Below are positions 49,267 to 60,737 of a DNA stretch of 64,000 bases, one piece after another. Below the pieces are notes generated by a model. The model did no database searches and had not been told where the DNA came from. It saw only the letters and a program-made list of their open reading frames with translations. The stretch spans positions 128,001 through 192,000 of the forward strand of contig CAVPXI010000015.1 in NCBI GenBank assembly GCA_963709585.1, in the 5' to 3' direction. Within the stretch, counting starts at the first letter, position 1; the number at the start of each line of letters is the position of its first letter. The position numbers and the translations under genes are program-made. The stretch comes from Candidatus Dormiibacterota bacterium (lineage in GTDB: Bacteria; Chloroflexota; Dormibacteria; Aeolococcales; Aeolococcaceae).

Positions 49267-50064
49267 TCAGCCGGCGCGGCGGGCCCGGAGCGCGGCGAGC
49301 TGCTCGTCCTCGCCGCCCGCGCCCGAGTAGCGGAGCAGCTCGGGGGGCCTGCCCCCGGTGCCCGCGGGCGATCGGAATCGGGGCACGCGGAGCCGCAGGG
49401 CGGCGACTTCGGTGTCCCGCACCGGACGGAGCACGCCGGAATCGCGCAGCTCCTGGATCCGCCGCCTGAAGGTCCGCTCGCTGCCCTCCGGGCCTCCGTG
49501 GAGGGCCACGTGAAGGCGCAGCAGGTCGTCCCCGGTGAATACGTCGCCGACCAGCGCAGCGGCACCGGCGAGCTGCCGGGTGTCGGCGCGAAGCCGGTCG
49601 AGGGCGGAGCGCAGCGCGGCGGCGCCCGGTGTGTCGAGGTGCAGCCCTCGTCCGGTCGCCGACCAGACCCCGGGGCCGGGAACCGGTCCGTATTGGGCCG
49701 CCGCGTAGTACCAGACCGTGACGCTCCGGGATCGTGCGGGATCGTCCTCGACGCCGACGAGATGGAGACGCTGGCCTCCCCGGGCTCCTCGACGGCCTCC
49801 CAGGTCGATGCCTGCCTCGGCCGCGGCGCGAAGTGCCGCTTCGGGGAACCGCTCCTTGGGGCCCAGATCGCCTGTGGGGAGGGTTCTCTTCAGGGTGAGC
49901 ACGTGCAACGCCCGGCTCGCCGGGGTTCCGGGCTCAGGATCGAACCCGAATACCGCAACCCCCGCGCTCAGCGCCGCCATAGCTCCCTTGGTCATGCTCC
50001 TGGCCTCCTCCAGAGTCGGTGTGGTTTCGGAAGATGATGGCACGAACTGGGCAAATTGTGCCAC
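49267..50064 (-). CDS. NrtR-like Nudix/wHTH regulator
   Basis: DDPARSRSVTV, FT..L..L, RTFRRRI, GGRPPELLRY; start uncertain. Confidence 0.65.
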   Translation of the reverse strand: MAQFAQFVPSSSETTPTLEEARSMTKGAMAALSAGVAVFGFDPEPGTPASRALHVLTLKRTLPTGDLGPKERFPEAALRAAAEAGIDLGGRRGARGGQRLHLVGVEDDPARSRSVTVWYYAAAQYGPVPGPGVWSATGRGLHLDTPGAAALRSALDRLRADTRQLAGAAALVGDVFTGDDLLRLHVALHGGPEGSERTFRRRIQELRDSGVLRPVRDTEVAALRLRVPRFRSPAGTGGRPPELLRYSGAGGEDEQLAALRARRAG

Positions 50065-50111
50065 CTGGAGTTGCCTTTTCCGCCTCCCCGATCTCGCCGA
50101 GCGGTCCCGCC

Positions 50112-51479
50112 CTACGCCTCGCCGGGAGGCGGGCCGGGCGCCGGGACCGTCCAGCTGACGGGTGGCTCGGCCGCTGTCTGGTCTCGGGAGCCGCTCAGGA
50201 CCCGCGGCCAGCTGACCGCCATCCTAGCGCCGCCGAGCGCCGAGGTGTCCACCTCCCAGCGCCCGCTGCTATGGCGGACCACGGCATCGGCGATCGCCAG
50301 CCCAAGCCCCGACCCGTAGCCACCCTGGGCTTCAGCGCGATGGAAGCGATCGAAGATCTTGGGGCGCTCCTCAGCTGGGATGCCCGGGCCGGAGTCCTCG
50401 ACGGCCAGGCGCACCCGGTTGCCCTCGGCGCCGACCCGGACCGCGACGACGCCTCCGGGCGGCGCGTACTTGAAGCCGTTGTCGAGCAAGACGCCGAGCA
50501 GGCGATCCAGCCACTCGGACGAGCCCATGATCACCAGCGGACCGGGGCCGACCGACACCTGGAGCGTGATCCCGCGGCTCTCCGCGACCGCCGCGAAGCG
50601 TTCAGCGGCCTGATGGACGACGACCCCGACTTCGACCGGCTCTGCGGCGGGACGGCCCTGTGGGGTATCCACTCGAGCGAGCCAGAGCAAGTCGTCGACC
50701 AGCCGCCGGATCCGTTTGCTCTCGGACCCGACCCGCTGGAACGCGTTGCGGTACCAAGTCGGGTCACGGTCCAGGCTGAGCGCGAGGCTTGTCTGCGCCT
50801 CGATGACGGCAAGCGGGGTCCGCAGCTCGTGAGAGGCGTCTGCGGTGAACTCGAGCTGGCGCTGCCGGGCGAGCTCGATCGGGCCGCCGACCCTTCGGCC
50901 GACGATCAGGGATACCCCGAAGACGAGCAGCAGCAAAATCACGCCGGCAACGGCCTCGGTGACGGCCAGCGAGGAGCGGGCTTGAGAGATCGAGTCGACG
51001 TCGTAGCCCACCAGCAGCCGCGCGGGACCCTGGAAAACGCCGAAGTGCGTGTCCACCTGAACCTCGCCAAGCGACGTCCCGACGATCCGTACATCGACAC
51101 CCTTGACCTGGGTCGTGATCGGGTCGGTCACAAACGTGTCCGCAGGCGGCAGGGTGGTCCCATCGCCAATGCTGGTCATCTGGCTATTGATGAATGGCGG
51201 CGGCAGCACCCCAGGGGCGAACGCCAGCCAGATGAGTGGCGGCGAATCGATGCCCTGCCCGGTGTCGGCCAGTCCGCTGGTAGTCGTCCCCAGCGGTGGA
51301 TGGACTTTGTAGTGTGCCAGCGACGCCGACAGGCGGCTGTCGACCTGGGCCGTCAGGTTGTTCGTCACGACGACCACCACCACTACGGCCACGATCGCGT
51401 AGACCAACGCGACGAGCCCCGTGCTGATCAGGGCCACGCGCAGCGAGGCAACGTTGACCCGCTCGAGCCGGCGGTTCAC
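50112..51479 (-). CDS. Sensor histidine kinase (HisKA)
   Basis: FTADASHELRTPL, LLDNGFKY, DSGPG, GSGLGL. Confidence 0.93.
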   Translation of the reverse strand: MNRRLERVNVASLRVALISTGLVALVYAIVAVVVVVVVTNNLTAQVDSRLSASLAHYKVHPPLGTTTSGLADTGQGIDSPPLIWLAFAPGVLPPPFINSQMTSIGDGTTLPPADTFVTDPITTQVKGVDVRIVGTSLGEVQVDTHFGVFQGPARLLVGYDVDSISQARSSLAVTEAVAGVILLLLVFGVSLIVGRRVGGPIELARQRQLEFTADASHELRTPLAVIEAQTSLALSLDRDPTWYRNAFQRVGSESKRIRRLVDDLLWLARVDTPQGRPAAEPVEVGVVVHQAAERFAAVAESRGITLQVSVGPGPLVIMGSSEWLDRLLGVLLDNGFKYAPPGGVVAVRVGAEGNRVRLAVEDSGPGIPAEERPKIFDRFHRAEAQGGYGSGLGLAIADAVVRHSSGRWEVDTSALGGARMAVSWPRVLSGSRDQTAAEPPVSWTVPAPGPPPGEA

Positions 51480-52144
51480 GCTTCCTCCAGTCGGTACCCC
51501 GAGCCCCGGACCGTCACGATCTGGATTCCGGTGTTGGGCAGCTTGGCGCGCAGCCGGCTCATCTGGACATCGATGGCGTTGGACCCGAGCGGCTGGGTCT
51601 CGTCGCGCCATGCGTGCTCGGCGATGGCCCTGCGATCGACGACGGCCGGCGACCGCCGCAGGAGCAGCTCGAGGATGTTGAACTCGGTCGACGTCAGGTT
51701 CACGGGAGCGCCGTGCACCTCGATCTCGCGTCGCGCCGGGTCGAGGGTGAGCGCGCCGCGGGTGATCGCCGGGCCGTCGACGTTGCGCGGGCGCCGCTGC
51801 AGCGCCCGGATCCGGGCGACGAGCTCGCCGAAATCGAACGGTTTGATCAGGTAGTCGTCGGCGCCGGCGTCGAGACCCTCGATGCGATCTGACGGAGTGT
51901 CCCGCGCGGTCAGCATGAGCATCGCGGTCGGTCGGTTGTTCCGGCGCGCCCAGGCCACGACCTCGAGCCCGCTGACGCGCGGCATTCGCCAGTCGATCAC
52001 GGCGACGTCGTATTCGTAGAAGCGCAGCTGCTCGATCGCCTCGTCGCCCGCGGCGACGGCGTCGACGAAGTAGCCGGCCTCCTCGAGGCCCTGGACGAGG
52101 ACCTCCCGGAGCCCGCGATCGTCCTCAGCGACGAGCACTCGCAT
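51476..52144 (-). CDS. OmpR-family response regulator
   Basis: VAEDD, GADDYLIKPF, RGSGY. Confidence 0.95.
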   Translation of the reverse strand: MRVLVAEDDRGLREVLVQGLEEAGYFVDAVAAGDEAIEQLRFYEYDVAVIDWRMPRVSGLEVVAWARRNNRPTAMLMLTARDTPSDRIEGLDAGADDYLIKPFDFGELVARIRALQRRPRNVDGPAITRGALTLDPARREIEVHGAPVNLTSTEFNILELLLRRSPAVVDRRAIAEHAWRDETQPLGSNAIDVQMSRLRAKLPNTGIQIVTVRGSGYRLEEA

Positions 52145-52159
52145 CAGCTGATGATGGTG

Positions 52160-52954
52160 TCACGCACCGGTGGATGCGCTACCCCCGCCCCCGCCGAAGC
52201 CGCCACCCCCGCCAAAGCCGCCGCCTCCGCCGAACCCGCCGCCTCGGCCAAAGCCGGCAGTGCACCCGTTGGCCCCGGCGGGCGAGATCGTCAGGGCGCG
52301 CGCGGCGACCACCCCTGAGCTGGCCTTGGTACCGATGGCGGTGAGGCACTGCCCAGTCTGCAGCGCCGTCGCCGTGACCACCGTGGAGGTGGTCACCTTG
52401 ACTGTCGTTGGCACGTCAATCGTCGTTGTCGTGCCGGTCGCTCCCGTGATCGTGACCGAGGTGCCATTCACCGACTTGACCTGGCCGCGAGCCGCAGTGA
52501 ATCCCGCTGCTGCCGCCGGTGGAGAGAAGCTCGGCCGCGGGCTGAAGGTTCCCCCGCCGCCGCCACCACCGATGCCGGTCCTCGTGCAGGAGCCGTTGAC
52601 GGGAGAGCTCAGTGTCACCGTGGTCGCGGTGATGGTCCCGCCGGCGCCCTTGGTGCCGGTGGCGGTGATACAGCTCCCGGCGGCGATGTCCGCAACGGTC
52701 CCGGTGTTCGTCTGGGTGATCGTCGTGGTCGCTGCGTAGGTGACCGTCGAGTCGCCGTTTGTGCCGCTCAGGATGAGTGTCGATCCGTTGATCTGCACCA
52801 GTTGACCGAATGCGGCGTTGCCGGCGAGCCCGCGACGCGCGCCCGACGAGGGTGACGGCGCGCTCGTCGAGCCGCTGCTTGCGGCGGCACTCCCGCATGC
52901 GACGACAGCGAGACCGGCCATTACACCGGCGACGCCCAGGATGGCTCGATTCAT
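52160..52954 (-). CDS. Lipoprotein with two DUF5666-like repeats and a Gly-rich tail
   Basis: Lipobox VVAC; repeated G.C.TA.G..ITA units. Confidence 0.75.
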   Translation of the reverse strand: MNRAILGVAGVMAGLAVVACGSAAASSGSTSAPSPSSGARRGLAGNAAFGQLVQINGSTLILSGTNGDSTVTYAATTTITQTNTGTVADIAAGSCITATGTKGAGGTITATTVTLSSPVNGSCTRTGIGGGGGGGTFSPRPSFSPPAAAAGFTAARGQVKSVNGTSVTITGATGTTTTIDVPTTVKVTTSTVVTATALQTGQCLTAIGTKASSGVVAARALTISPAGANGCTAGFGRGGGFGGGGGFGGGGGFGGGGGSASTGA

Positions 52955-52991
52955 GAGGTGGTTTCTCCTAACGGGATGACAGCGGTGGGTT

Positions 52992-54205
<1,214 letters not shown>

Positions 54206-54209
<4 letters not shown>

Positions 54210-54886
54210 GCAGCGACCCGTTCTCGGAGCCGGCCGTCGGCCATTTCGACGACCCGCTCGGCCACACCGGCGACGTTGGGGTCATGGGTGATGAGCACGA
54301 TGGTGTGCCCCGACCTGTTGAGGCCGGTGAGGATGTCGAGAACCTCACGGCTTGCTTTCGAGTCGAGGTTTCCGGTGGGCTCGTCGGCGAGGATCATGGT
54401 CGGATCCGTGACCAGCGCTCGGGCGATCGCGACGCGTTGCTGCTGACCGCCGGAGAGCTGGTTGGGATGGTGCTGCACTCGACTGGTGAGCCCCACCTGC
54501 GCGAGCGCGTTCAACGCCGTCTGCTTGCGATCGCGGGTGCTGCGATACAGGAGCGGGAGCTCGACGTTGCGCCACGCCGACATCGAGGAGAGCAGATGAA
54601 ACTGCTGGAACACGAAGCCGATGCGGCGATTGCGGATGCTCGCGAGCTCGCGCTCGTTCATGCCGCTGACGTCCTCGCCGGCGAAGCGATATTCCCCGCT
54701 GGTGGGGACGTCGAGACAGCCGAGGATGTGCATCAGCGTCGACTTGCCGGAGCCCGAGGGTCCCATCACTGCGAGGAAGTCGCCATCCTTCACGGAGAGG
54801 TACACGCGATCAACGGCCCGCACCTCCGCGTCTCCGTCGCCGTATACCTTGCTCACATCGACAAGGCGGATGATCTCCGCTGCCAC
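54206..54886 (-). CDS. MacB/LolD-type ABC ATP-binding protein
   Basis: GPSGSGKST, LSGGQQQR, ADEPTGNLD. Confidence 0.94.
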
Positions 54887-54887
54887 G

Positions 54888-56387
54888 TCAGCCGCCGCCA
54901 CCACGGCCGGCGCCGCCGCCACCCAGGCCACCACCGCCGAATCCACCGCCTCCACCCGTGAGGCTGCGGCCCACACCGCTCGTGCTCGACGGAATCGTGC
55001 TGCTGATCGTGGCGATCACGACCACGTCACCGACCCTCACGCCGCTGAGGATCTGGGTGCGAGTCGCGTCCGCGGCGCCCACGGTGACCGCCACCGGGAC
55101 CGGCTTGCCGTTGACGAAGAGCGTCACCGTGCTTCCCGCTGCAGTTGTGTGCACCGCGCTGGTGGGAACGGTGATCACCTGCACCACCTGGTTGATGACG
55201 ACACTGACCGACGCGGACATCCCCGGACGGAGCGAAGGGCTCGCCCCGCTGAGCACCACGGTCACCGGGAACGTCGCAACACCCGAGGTGACCGTGGCCT
55301 GTTCGGCGACCTCGGTGACCTTTCCTGCGGTTGCGTTGCTCGACCCCGCCGCGACCACCTCGGCGGTCTGGCCGATCGCGATCTCGTTGACCAGCGCGTC
55401 ACTCACCGACCCGGTCACCTCGAAGACACCGGGCGTGATGATCACGACCGCATGGGTGGCGGCGCCGCTCGAGCCGGCCGATGCGCCGCCCGTGCCGGCA
55501 CTCGCGATCTGCGCACCGTCGGTGACATTGACGGCCTCGACAACGCCGCCCGTCGGCGCCTTGAGCGTCGCTGCGCTCACCGCCGCCTGCGCGTTGGCAA
55601 CGTTGACCTGGTCGATTTCGACCTGGCTCTGGTCCACTGCGATCTGCGCCGATGTCGTCGGCGATGCACTCTCGACCGCGGTGAGAGCGGACTTGGCATT
55701 CTCCCACTGCACCTTGTCGGTGTTGACCTGGCCCTGGGCCTGGTCGTCGCTCTGCGCCCCCTTGACCTGAGCCGCCTGCCACGCCTGGTAGTCCTGGCTC
55801 ACAGCTGCCTCGTCCGCAGGACACGGGGTCGTGGCGTCGCCGGGTGTGCAGCCGGCGGCAGCGGCCGTTGCCTGGGCCGCGGTGTACACGTTGTAGTCCT
55901 GCGCGACGATCTGGGTGTTCACCGCTCTGGTGTCGGCGAGGCTGGTCACCGCGTTCTGATAGGCGACGTACGCGCTGTTGACCTGGCCTTCGGCCTGGGT
56001 GATGCTGGACGCCGACGCTCCCGCCTTGGCCTGAGACAGATTCGCCTCTGCAGAAGCAAGGGTCGCCTCCGCCTGGGTGAGGCTGGCATCAACGGTGGTC
56101 GGGTCCTGGGTGGCGAGGACCTCGCCGGCGGTGACCGTCTGTCCCGGCTGGACGTTGACGGAAGTCACCTTCCCCGCGCCCTGGAAATCGAGATCGGTCT
56201 CGCCGTCAGCGGCGAGATTCCCCGACAGCGAGACCGTCTGCGTCACGGTCCCGAGCGTTGCGACCCCGAGTCTGTACGAGACGCTCGCCGCAGCACCGCG
56301 GGTGAGCATGAAAACGCCGGTTCCCGCGGCAATCACCACGACAACGATGCCGACGATGAACGGCTTGCTCAGCAAACGACGTCTCAC
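54888..56387 (-). CDS. Efflux membrane-fusion/adaptor protein (MacA/YknX-like)
   Basis: TM anchor, lipoyl half-motifs (GKVTSVNV; LKAPTGGVV), coiled coil, LRPGMSA. Confidence 0.9.
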   Translation of the reverse strand: MRRRLLSKPFIVGIVVVVIAAGTGVFMLTRGAAASVSYRLGVATLGTVTQTVSLSGNLAADGETDLDFQGAGKVTSVNVQPGQTVTAGEVLATQDPTTVDASLTQAEATLASAEANLSQAKAGASASSITQAEGQVNSAYVAYQNAVTSLADTRAVNTQIVAQDYNVYTAAQATAAAAGCTPGDATTPCPADEAAVSQDYQAWQAAQVKGAQSDDQAQGQVNTDKVQWENAKSALTAVESASPTTSAQIAVDQSQVEIDQVNVANAQAAVSAATLKAPTGGVVEAVNVTDGAQIASAGTGGASAGSSGAATHAVVIITPGVFEVTGSVSDALVNEIAIGQTAEVVAAGSSNATAGKVTEVAEQATVTSGVATFPVTVVLSGASPSLRPGMSASVSVVINQVVQVITVPTSAVHTTAAGSTVTLFVNGKPVPVAVTVGAADATRTQILSGVRVGDVVVIATISSTIPSSTSGVGRSLTGGGGGFGGGGLGGGGAGRGGGG

Positions 56388-56510
56388 AAGGAATAACTCC
56401 CAAAACCGGCTCCGACCGCGACCATCGGCCGTGATCGTCGCCCGGGTCGCCTTTCAGGAGCGTGACGAGGCGCGGACATCTCGTAAACCGATGCCGCCTG
56501 CACGCTGGCG

Positions 56511-56574
<64 letters not shown>

Positions 56575-56584
<10 letters not shown>

Positions 56585-57279
56585 TGGGCGACTGTAGCTC
56601 CAGACGCGGTCAATTGCTCGACGCTGCCGTCACTGTGGCCCACCAACACGGTGTCTGCCAAACCCACGAACAACCCATGGCCGGCGACCCCCGGGATGGA
56701 GCCGATCAACGCCGCGAGCACGTCCGGTTCGTCGATGTCGGTGTACTCACTGTCGACGACCAGGTTGCCGTTGTCGGTGATGAAGGGCTGGCCGTCGCCG
56801 CCGACACGAACCGTGAAATCGATCGACGTTCGCTCGACCAGGGTGTGCAGCGTCCTGGCGATCCCGAATTGGACCACCTCGACGGGGATACGACCGCTGA
56901 GCTGGGACATGTATTTGCTGTCATCGACAATAACCACGAAGCGCGCCGCAGACGCGGCAACGATCTTCTCTCGAACCATCGCGCCACCCCTGCCCTTGAT
57001 CAGACGCAACGCGGGATCGACGCTGTCAGCGCCGTCGACGGCGAGGTCGAGACCGTCAGCCCCGAGCTCCTCCACAACCATGCCGTGCTCGATTGCCAGC
57101 GCGGTACTCGCCACCGAGGTTGCGACCGCGCGCACGGTCAGCCCCTGACGCACCCGCTCCGCGAGACCGAGGATGAACCAGCGCGCGGTCGTACCGGTGC
57201 CAAGACCGACGCGCATGCCGTCATCGACCAGCGGCACCGCGGCCTCCCCCGCCGCACGTCGGGCGGCATCGACGTCCAC
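56575..57279 (-). CDS. rpiA: Ribose-5-phosphate isomerase A
   Basis: GLGTGTT, DGAD, IKGRGGA..REK, ITDNGN. Confidence 0.96.
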
Positions 57280-57295
57280 CCGTGCAGCGTAGCCG

Positions 57296-57628
57296 TCAGG
57301 AGGCCAGCCGTCTGCTCAGTTCGCCGGCGGTTGTGGACACGGCGTCACGATGCAGGCCGTCGGGCTGACGCATGAAGCGCTCCTGCACGACGAACACCGC
57401 TTCGATCAGCTCCGCCGCGGACGTGCGGGGGCGGAACGTGACCCCGCGACGGCGGAGCGAGACCAGCACCCGTGTGGGGATCAGGCCACCGCGAAGATTC
57501 ACCTCTTCGAGCTGGGTGAGCAATCCGTCGAGCTCACACAGCGTTTCGCGTCGATGGACCCGTTGTCGTTCCTCTTCTGCTGACCACACCAATTGATTGA
57601 GGACGCGGTTTCGGACGAAGGTGGCCAT
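57296..57628 (-). CDS. Hypothetical protein, possibly SOS-regulated
   Basis: RBS GAGGGAG; 110 aa helical ORF; LexA-type box upstream. Confidence 0.65.
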   Translation of the reverse strand: MATFVRNRVLNQLVWSAEEERQRVHRRETLCELDGLLTQLEEVNLRGGLIPTRVLVSLRRRGVTFRPRTSAAELIEAVFVVQERFMRQPDGLHRDAVSTTAGELSRRLAS

Positions 57629-57747
57629 GACGCTCCCTCGGCGCGTCCACCGGGTTCGGGGGTTTGATGTGACGTAGGGTAGGTCGGACCGAACAGATGG
57701 ACGTCCTGTGGTCGCGATCCTACCGATTTGTCGGCCATTTGCATAGC

Positions 57748-57762
57748 GGAACACATGTTCGA
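57748..57762. promoter_or_regulatory. LexA (GAAC-N4-GTTC) SOS box
   Basis: Minus strand TCGAACATGTGTTCC next to a TATGCA -10-like hexamer. Confidence 0.6.
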
Positions 57763-57821
57763 CGCTGTCGAGGGCAGCTCCACCATGGAGCCGCCCTCAC
57801 GAGCTGATCAGACGCGCGCTC

Positions 57822-58565
57822 TTACCCGCCGAGCAACTGAATGATGTGGTTCGCATCCGCACGGGCTCCGTCGAGATCTGCGCGCGCCGTCTTGATGTTC
57901 TCGGCGGCACTCTTCAAGACGACCTGGTTGCCCGGCCACCCCGCCGGCGTGAGATCGATCACCGATGAGGTCACCCCGGAGATCGACGTGTGCGCGGCGG
58001 CAACCTTGCTCGTCAGGTCGTTCAGATCCGTCTGCGCCTCGGCCTTGACCTTTGCCGACACCGACGAGTTGTTGATCAGGGATTGCAGCTCCGGGATGAG
58101 CGTCGAGAAACTCTGGTTGACCTTGGTCACGCCGTCCGCCGCGATCACCTCGTGGATTTTGGGATCCTCGAGCACGTACACCCGATACCCGGTGACGATG
58201 GTCTGGCAGTCGGCCAAGGTCTGCTTGTACGTGCTGTCGCTCTGAATCGTCGTGTCAAGCGCGATCAACCCCTGCTGGTCGGCGCCGATCTGCCCTTCGA
58301 GTGTCGCCCGGTCACCGCCTGACAGTGCCACCGAGTCCTTGACGAACGTGTCGTCGGCCGCGAGGGTGCCGAGCCGGCGCTGGATGGCGGCATTGCAATG
58401 CGCCTTGAGCGTCGCCAGCGTGAGAGTGTGCGGCGCCGGCGTCGCGCTTGCGACCGGCGAGGGCGAGGAAGTCGTGGCCGCGTCGACACCCACCGAGCCC
58501 GCCAGCCCGAGGCCGGCGGTCAGGGTCAGCGTCGCCATGCCACGCGCGAGAAGCGAGGTGTTCAT
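57822..58565 (-). CDS. Secreted alpha-helical protein
   Basis: Signal peptide; I.RRL..L and YRVYVL motifs. Confidence 0.75.
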   Translation of the reverse strand: MNTSLLARGMATLTLTAGLGLAGSVGVDAATTSSPSPVASATPAPHTLTLATLKAHCNAAIQRRLGTLAADDTFVKDSVALSGGDRATLEGQIGADQQGLIALDTTIQSDSTYKQTLADCQTIVTGYRVYVLEDPKIHEVIAADGVTKVNQSFSTLIPELQSLINNSSVSAKVKAEAQTDLNDLTSKVAAAHTSISGVTSSVIDLTPAGWPGNQVVLKSAAENIKTARADLDGARADANHIIQLLGG

Positions 58566-58867
58566 TGGGATGGGTCTCCTTCGCTGGTGCTCAGCCCGGC
58601 GTTGGCGGCGTTGAGCTGCCCGCCGATGGTGCTGAGCTGGTTGTCGATGCTGCTGATCTGCCGGGTGACGCCGCTTCTATCCGGCGTCGCGGTCGCTGCT
58701 GCAGTCGCCGTCGCGACGGGTGCCGCCACCGTCACCCCGACGGGCGCGGTTGCGCCGGAAGCTCGGGGACTGCTGACGCCGCTCGCACGAACGGCGCCGC
58801 ATCCCGCGACCGCCACGGCTACGATGCCGCACAGGACGCTGTTCCTCAGCGCCGTGACATGAGTCAT
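58562..58867 (-). CDS. Small lipoprotein
   Basis: Lipobox VAGC; RBS AAAGGAG; ATGA overlap. Confidence 0.7.
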   Translation of the reverse strand: MTHVTALRNSVLCGIVAVAVAGCGAVRASGVSSPRASGATAPVGVTVAAPVATATAAATATPDRSGVTRQISSIDNQLSTIGGQLNAANAGLSTSEGDPSQ

Positions 58868-59011
58868 CCGATGTCTCCTTTGGAATGTCCGGAGGGATCT
58901 GGTTCATCCAACCAGAGCTCCGAGCCCGGCTCCTGAGACCATGCGGAGACGCCGCTGAGAAATCGCGAAGAGGTTGCCCAACCTGGTGCCGCCCGAGAGA
59001 GCGGCGTCAAC

Positions 59012-59758
59012 TCAGGCCGCCGTCGCCTCGCGTGCCAGTCGACCGACAAGCGCGTCGAGTGGACCGGCTTCCAGCAGCCTCCGCCCGAAGGCGGACGCCA
59101 GTGCCCCGGCCAGCACCGGAGCGACCACGGCGGGAACGTGCCCGCCGGCGCCGAGCGTCTCCAGTGACGCGACTCCGGCTCCATCGATGCCGCACGGGGT
59201 GATGCGATCGAACCAGCCCAGGTCGGTGGCCACGTTCAGTGCGACCCCGTGGGTGGTGACGCCGCCCGCGAGCTTCACCCCGATTGCGCCGAGCTTCCGA
59301 TCCCCCGACCACACTCCCGTGAACGGCGGGCGGCGGGTCACCTCGACTCCGTAGTTGGCTGCCGTGGCGATCAGGCCGGCCTCGAGCGCCCGGAGATAAC
59401 GATCGACGTCGCCGTGAGCTGGGTGACCCGGGATCGGGAAGATCCCGGCCAGACGCACGATCGGATAGGCGACGAGCTGGCCGGGACCGTGGAAGGTCAC
59501 CGACCCTCCGCGATCGACCTCGAGGAACTCAGCGCCTGCGGCAACGAGCGCGTCGGGCCCCTTGCCGAGGTGGCGAGCCTCACCCTGGCGGCCCATCGTG
59601 TACACGGGCGGGTGCTCCAGCAGGAGCACGGCGTCGTCGGCCAGTTCGCCGGACCTGCGCGCCAGGGCGACCTCTCGCTGCAACACCCAGGCGTCCTGGT
59701 AGCCGACCGTCCCCAGCCACGTCCAGCGAAGCGCCGGTTCCTCGCCCACGTCGCTCAT
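59012..59758 (-). CDS. lipB: Lipoyl(octanoyl) transferase
   Basis: [39 protein letters not shown]. Confidence 0.96.
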   Translation of the reverse strand: MSDVGEEPALRWTWLGTVGYQDAWVLQREVALARRSGELADDAVLLLEHPPVYTMGRQGEARHLGKGPDALVAAGAEFLEVDRGGSVTFHGPGQLVAYPIVRLAGIFPIPGHPAHGDVDRYLRALEAGLIATAANYGVEVTRRPPFTGVWSGDRKLGAIGVKLAGGVTTHGVALNVATDLGWFDRITPCGIDGAGVASLETLGAGGHVPAVVAPVLAGALASAFGRRLLEAGPLDALVGRLAREATAA

Positions 59759-60693
59759 CCGGCGTGGGCAGCGACCGCCTGCTCGTGCGCGTGATAGCTG
59801 GAGCGGACCAGTGGTCCCGATTCGACGTGCTTGAAGCCGAGCGACTTGCCGTATGCCTTCAGCTCGGCGAACTCGTCGGGATGCCAGTAGCGGATCAGCG
59901 GATGGTGCTTGAGCGACGGGCGCAGGTACTGACCGATCGTGATGATCTCGATGTCATGGGCGCGCATCTTGTCGAGGAGCTCCTTGACCTCGTGCATCTC
60001 CTCGCCGAGCCCGACCATGAGGCCCGACTTGGTCCGGCTCCGCGGCTCGATTCGCTTGGCAGCCCGGAGCAGCTCGAGACTGCGGTCGAGCTCGGACTTC
60101 GGGCGGACCCGCCGGTAGAGTCGGCCGACGGTCTCGACGTTGTGATTGAAGATCTCGGGCACCTCGTCCATGACCGTCCCCAGCGCGTCGCGGTCGCCCT
60201 GGAAGTCGGGTGTCAGCACCTCGATCGTGGTCCCGGGTGCGAGCGCCCGGATGGATCGGATCGTCGCGGCGAACACACCGGCGCCGCCGTCGGCGAGATC
60301 GTCGCGGTCGACGGACGTGACCACGGCGTGGCGCAGGCCCATGGTCGCAACCGCCTCTCCGACCCGGCGTGGCTCATCCCAGTCGATGTCGCCACCACGC
60401 TTGCCGCTCTTGACCGCGCAGAACGCGCAGGCCCGTGTGCACACGTCGCCGAGGATCATGAAGGTGGCGGTCCCGTGCCCCCAGCACTCGGCGATGTTCG
60501 GGCAGCGAGCCTCCTCGCACACAGTGTTGAGACGCTGCCCGCGCATGATCCCTTTGATCTGTGCGTACCCGTCGCCGGCGGGCAGCTTGACGGTCAGCCA
60601 CGCGGGTCGCCGATCAACACCGTCGGGAAGGAGCCGCTGATGCAGCGGCCGGGGATCGGCCACCGGAACGGGCCGCAGGCTGATCTGGTCCAT
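59755..60693 (-). CDS. lipA: Lipoyl synthase
   Basis: [24 protein letters not shown]. Confidence 0.97.
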   Translation of the reverse strand: MDQISLRPVPVADPRPLHQRLLPDGVDRRPAWLTVKLPAGDGYAQIKGIMRGQRLNTVCEEARCPNIAECWGHGTATFMILGDVCTRACAFCAVKSGKRGGDIDWDEPRRVGEAVATMGLRHAVVTSVDRDDLADGGAGVFAATIRSIRALAPGTTIEVLTPDFQGDRDALGTVMDEVPEIFNHNVETVGRLYRRVRPKSELDRSLELLRAAKRIEPRSRTKSGLMVGLGEEMHEVKELLDKMRAHDIEIITIGQYLRPSLKHHPLIRYWHPDEFAELKAYGKSLGFKHVESGPLVRSSYHAHEQAVAAHAG

Positions 60694-60737
60694 GGCGCTC
60701 TCTCACTCTACACACTCGCTGCGCCACAATCGCCGAG

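Noticed and set aside
52180-52250. GGGGF coding repeats
   Set aside because: Low-complexity Gly-rich tail, also present in the neighbouring adaptor gene; not a DNA repeat element.
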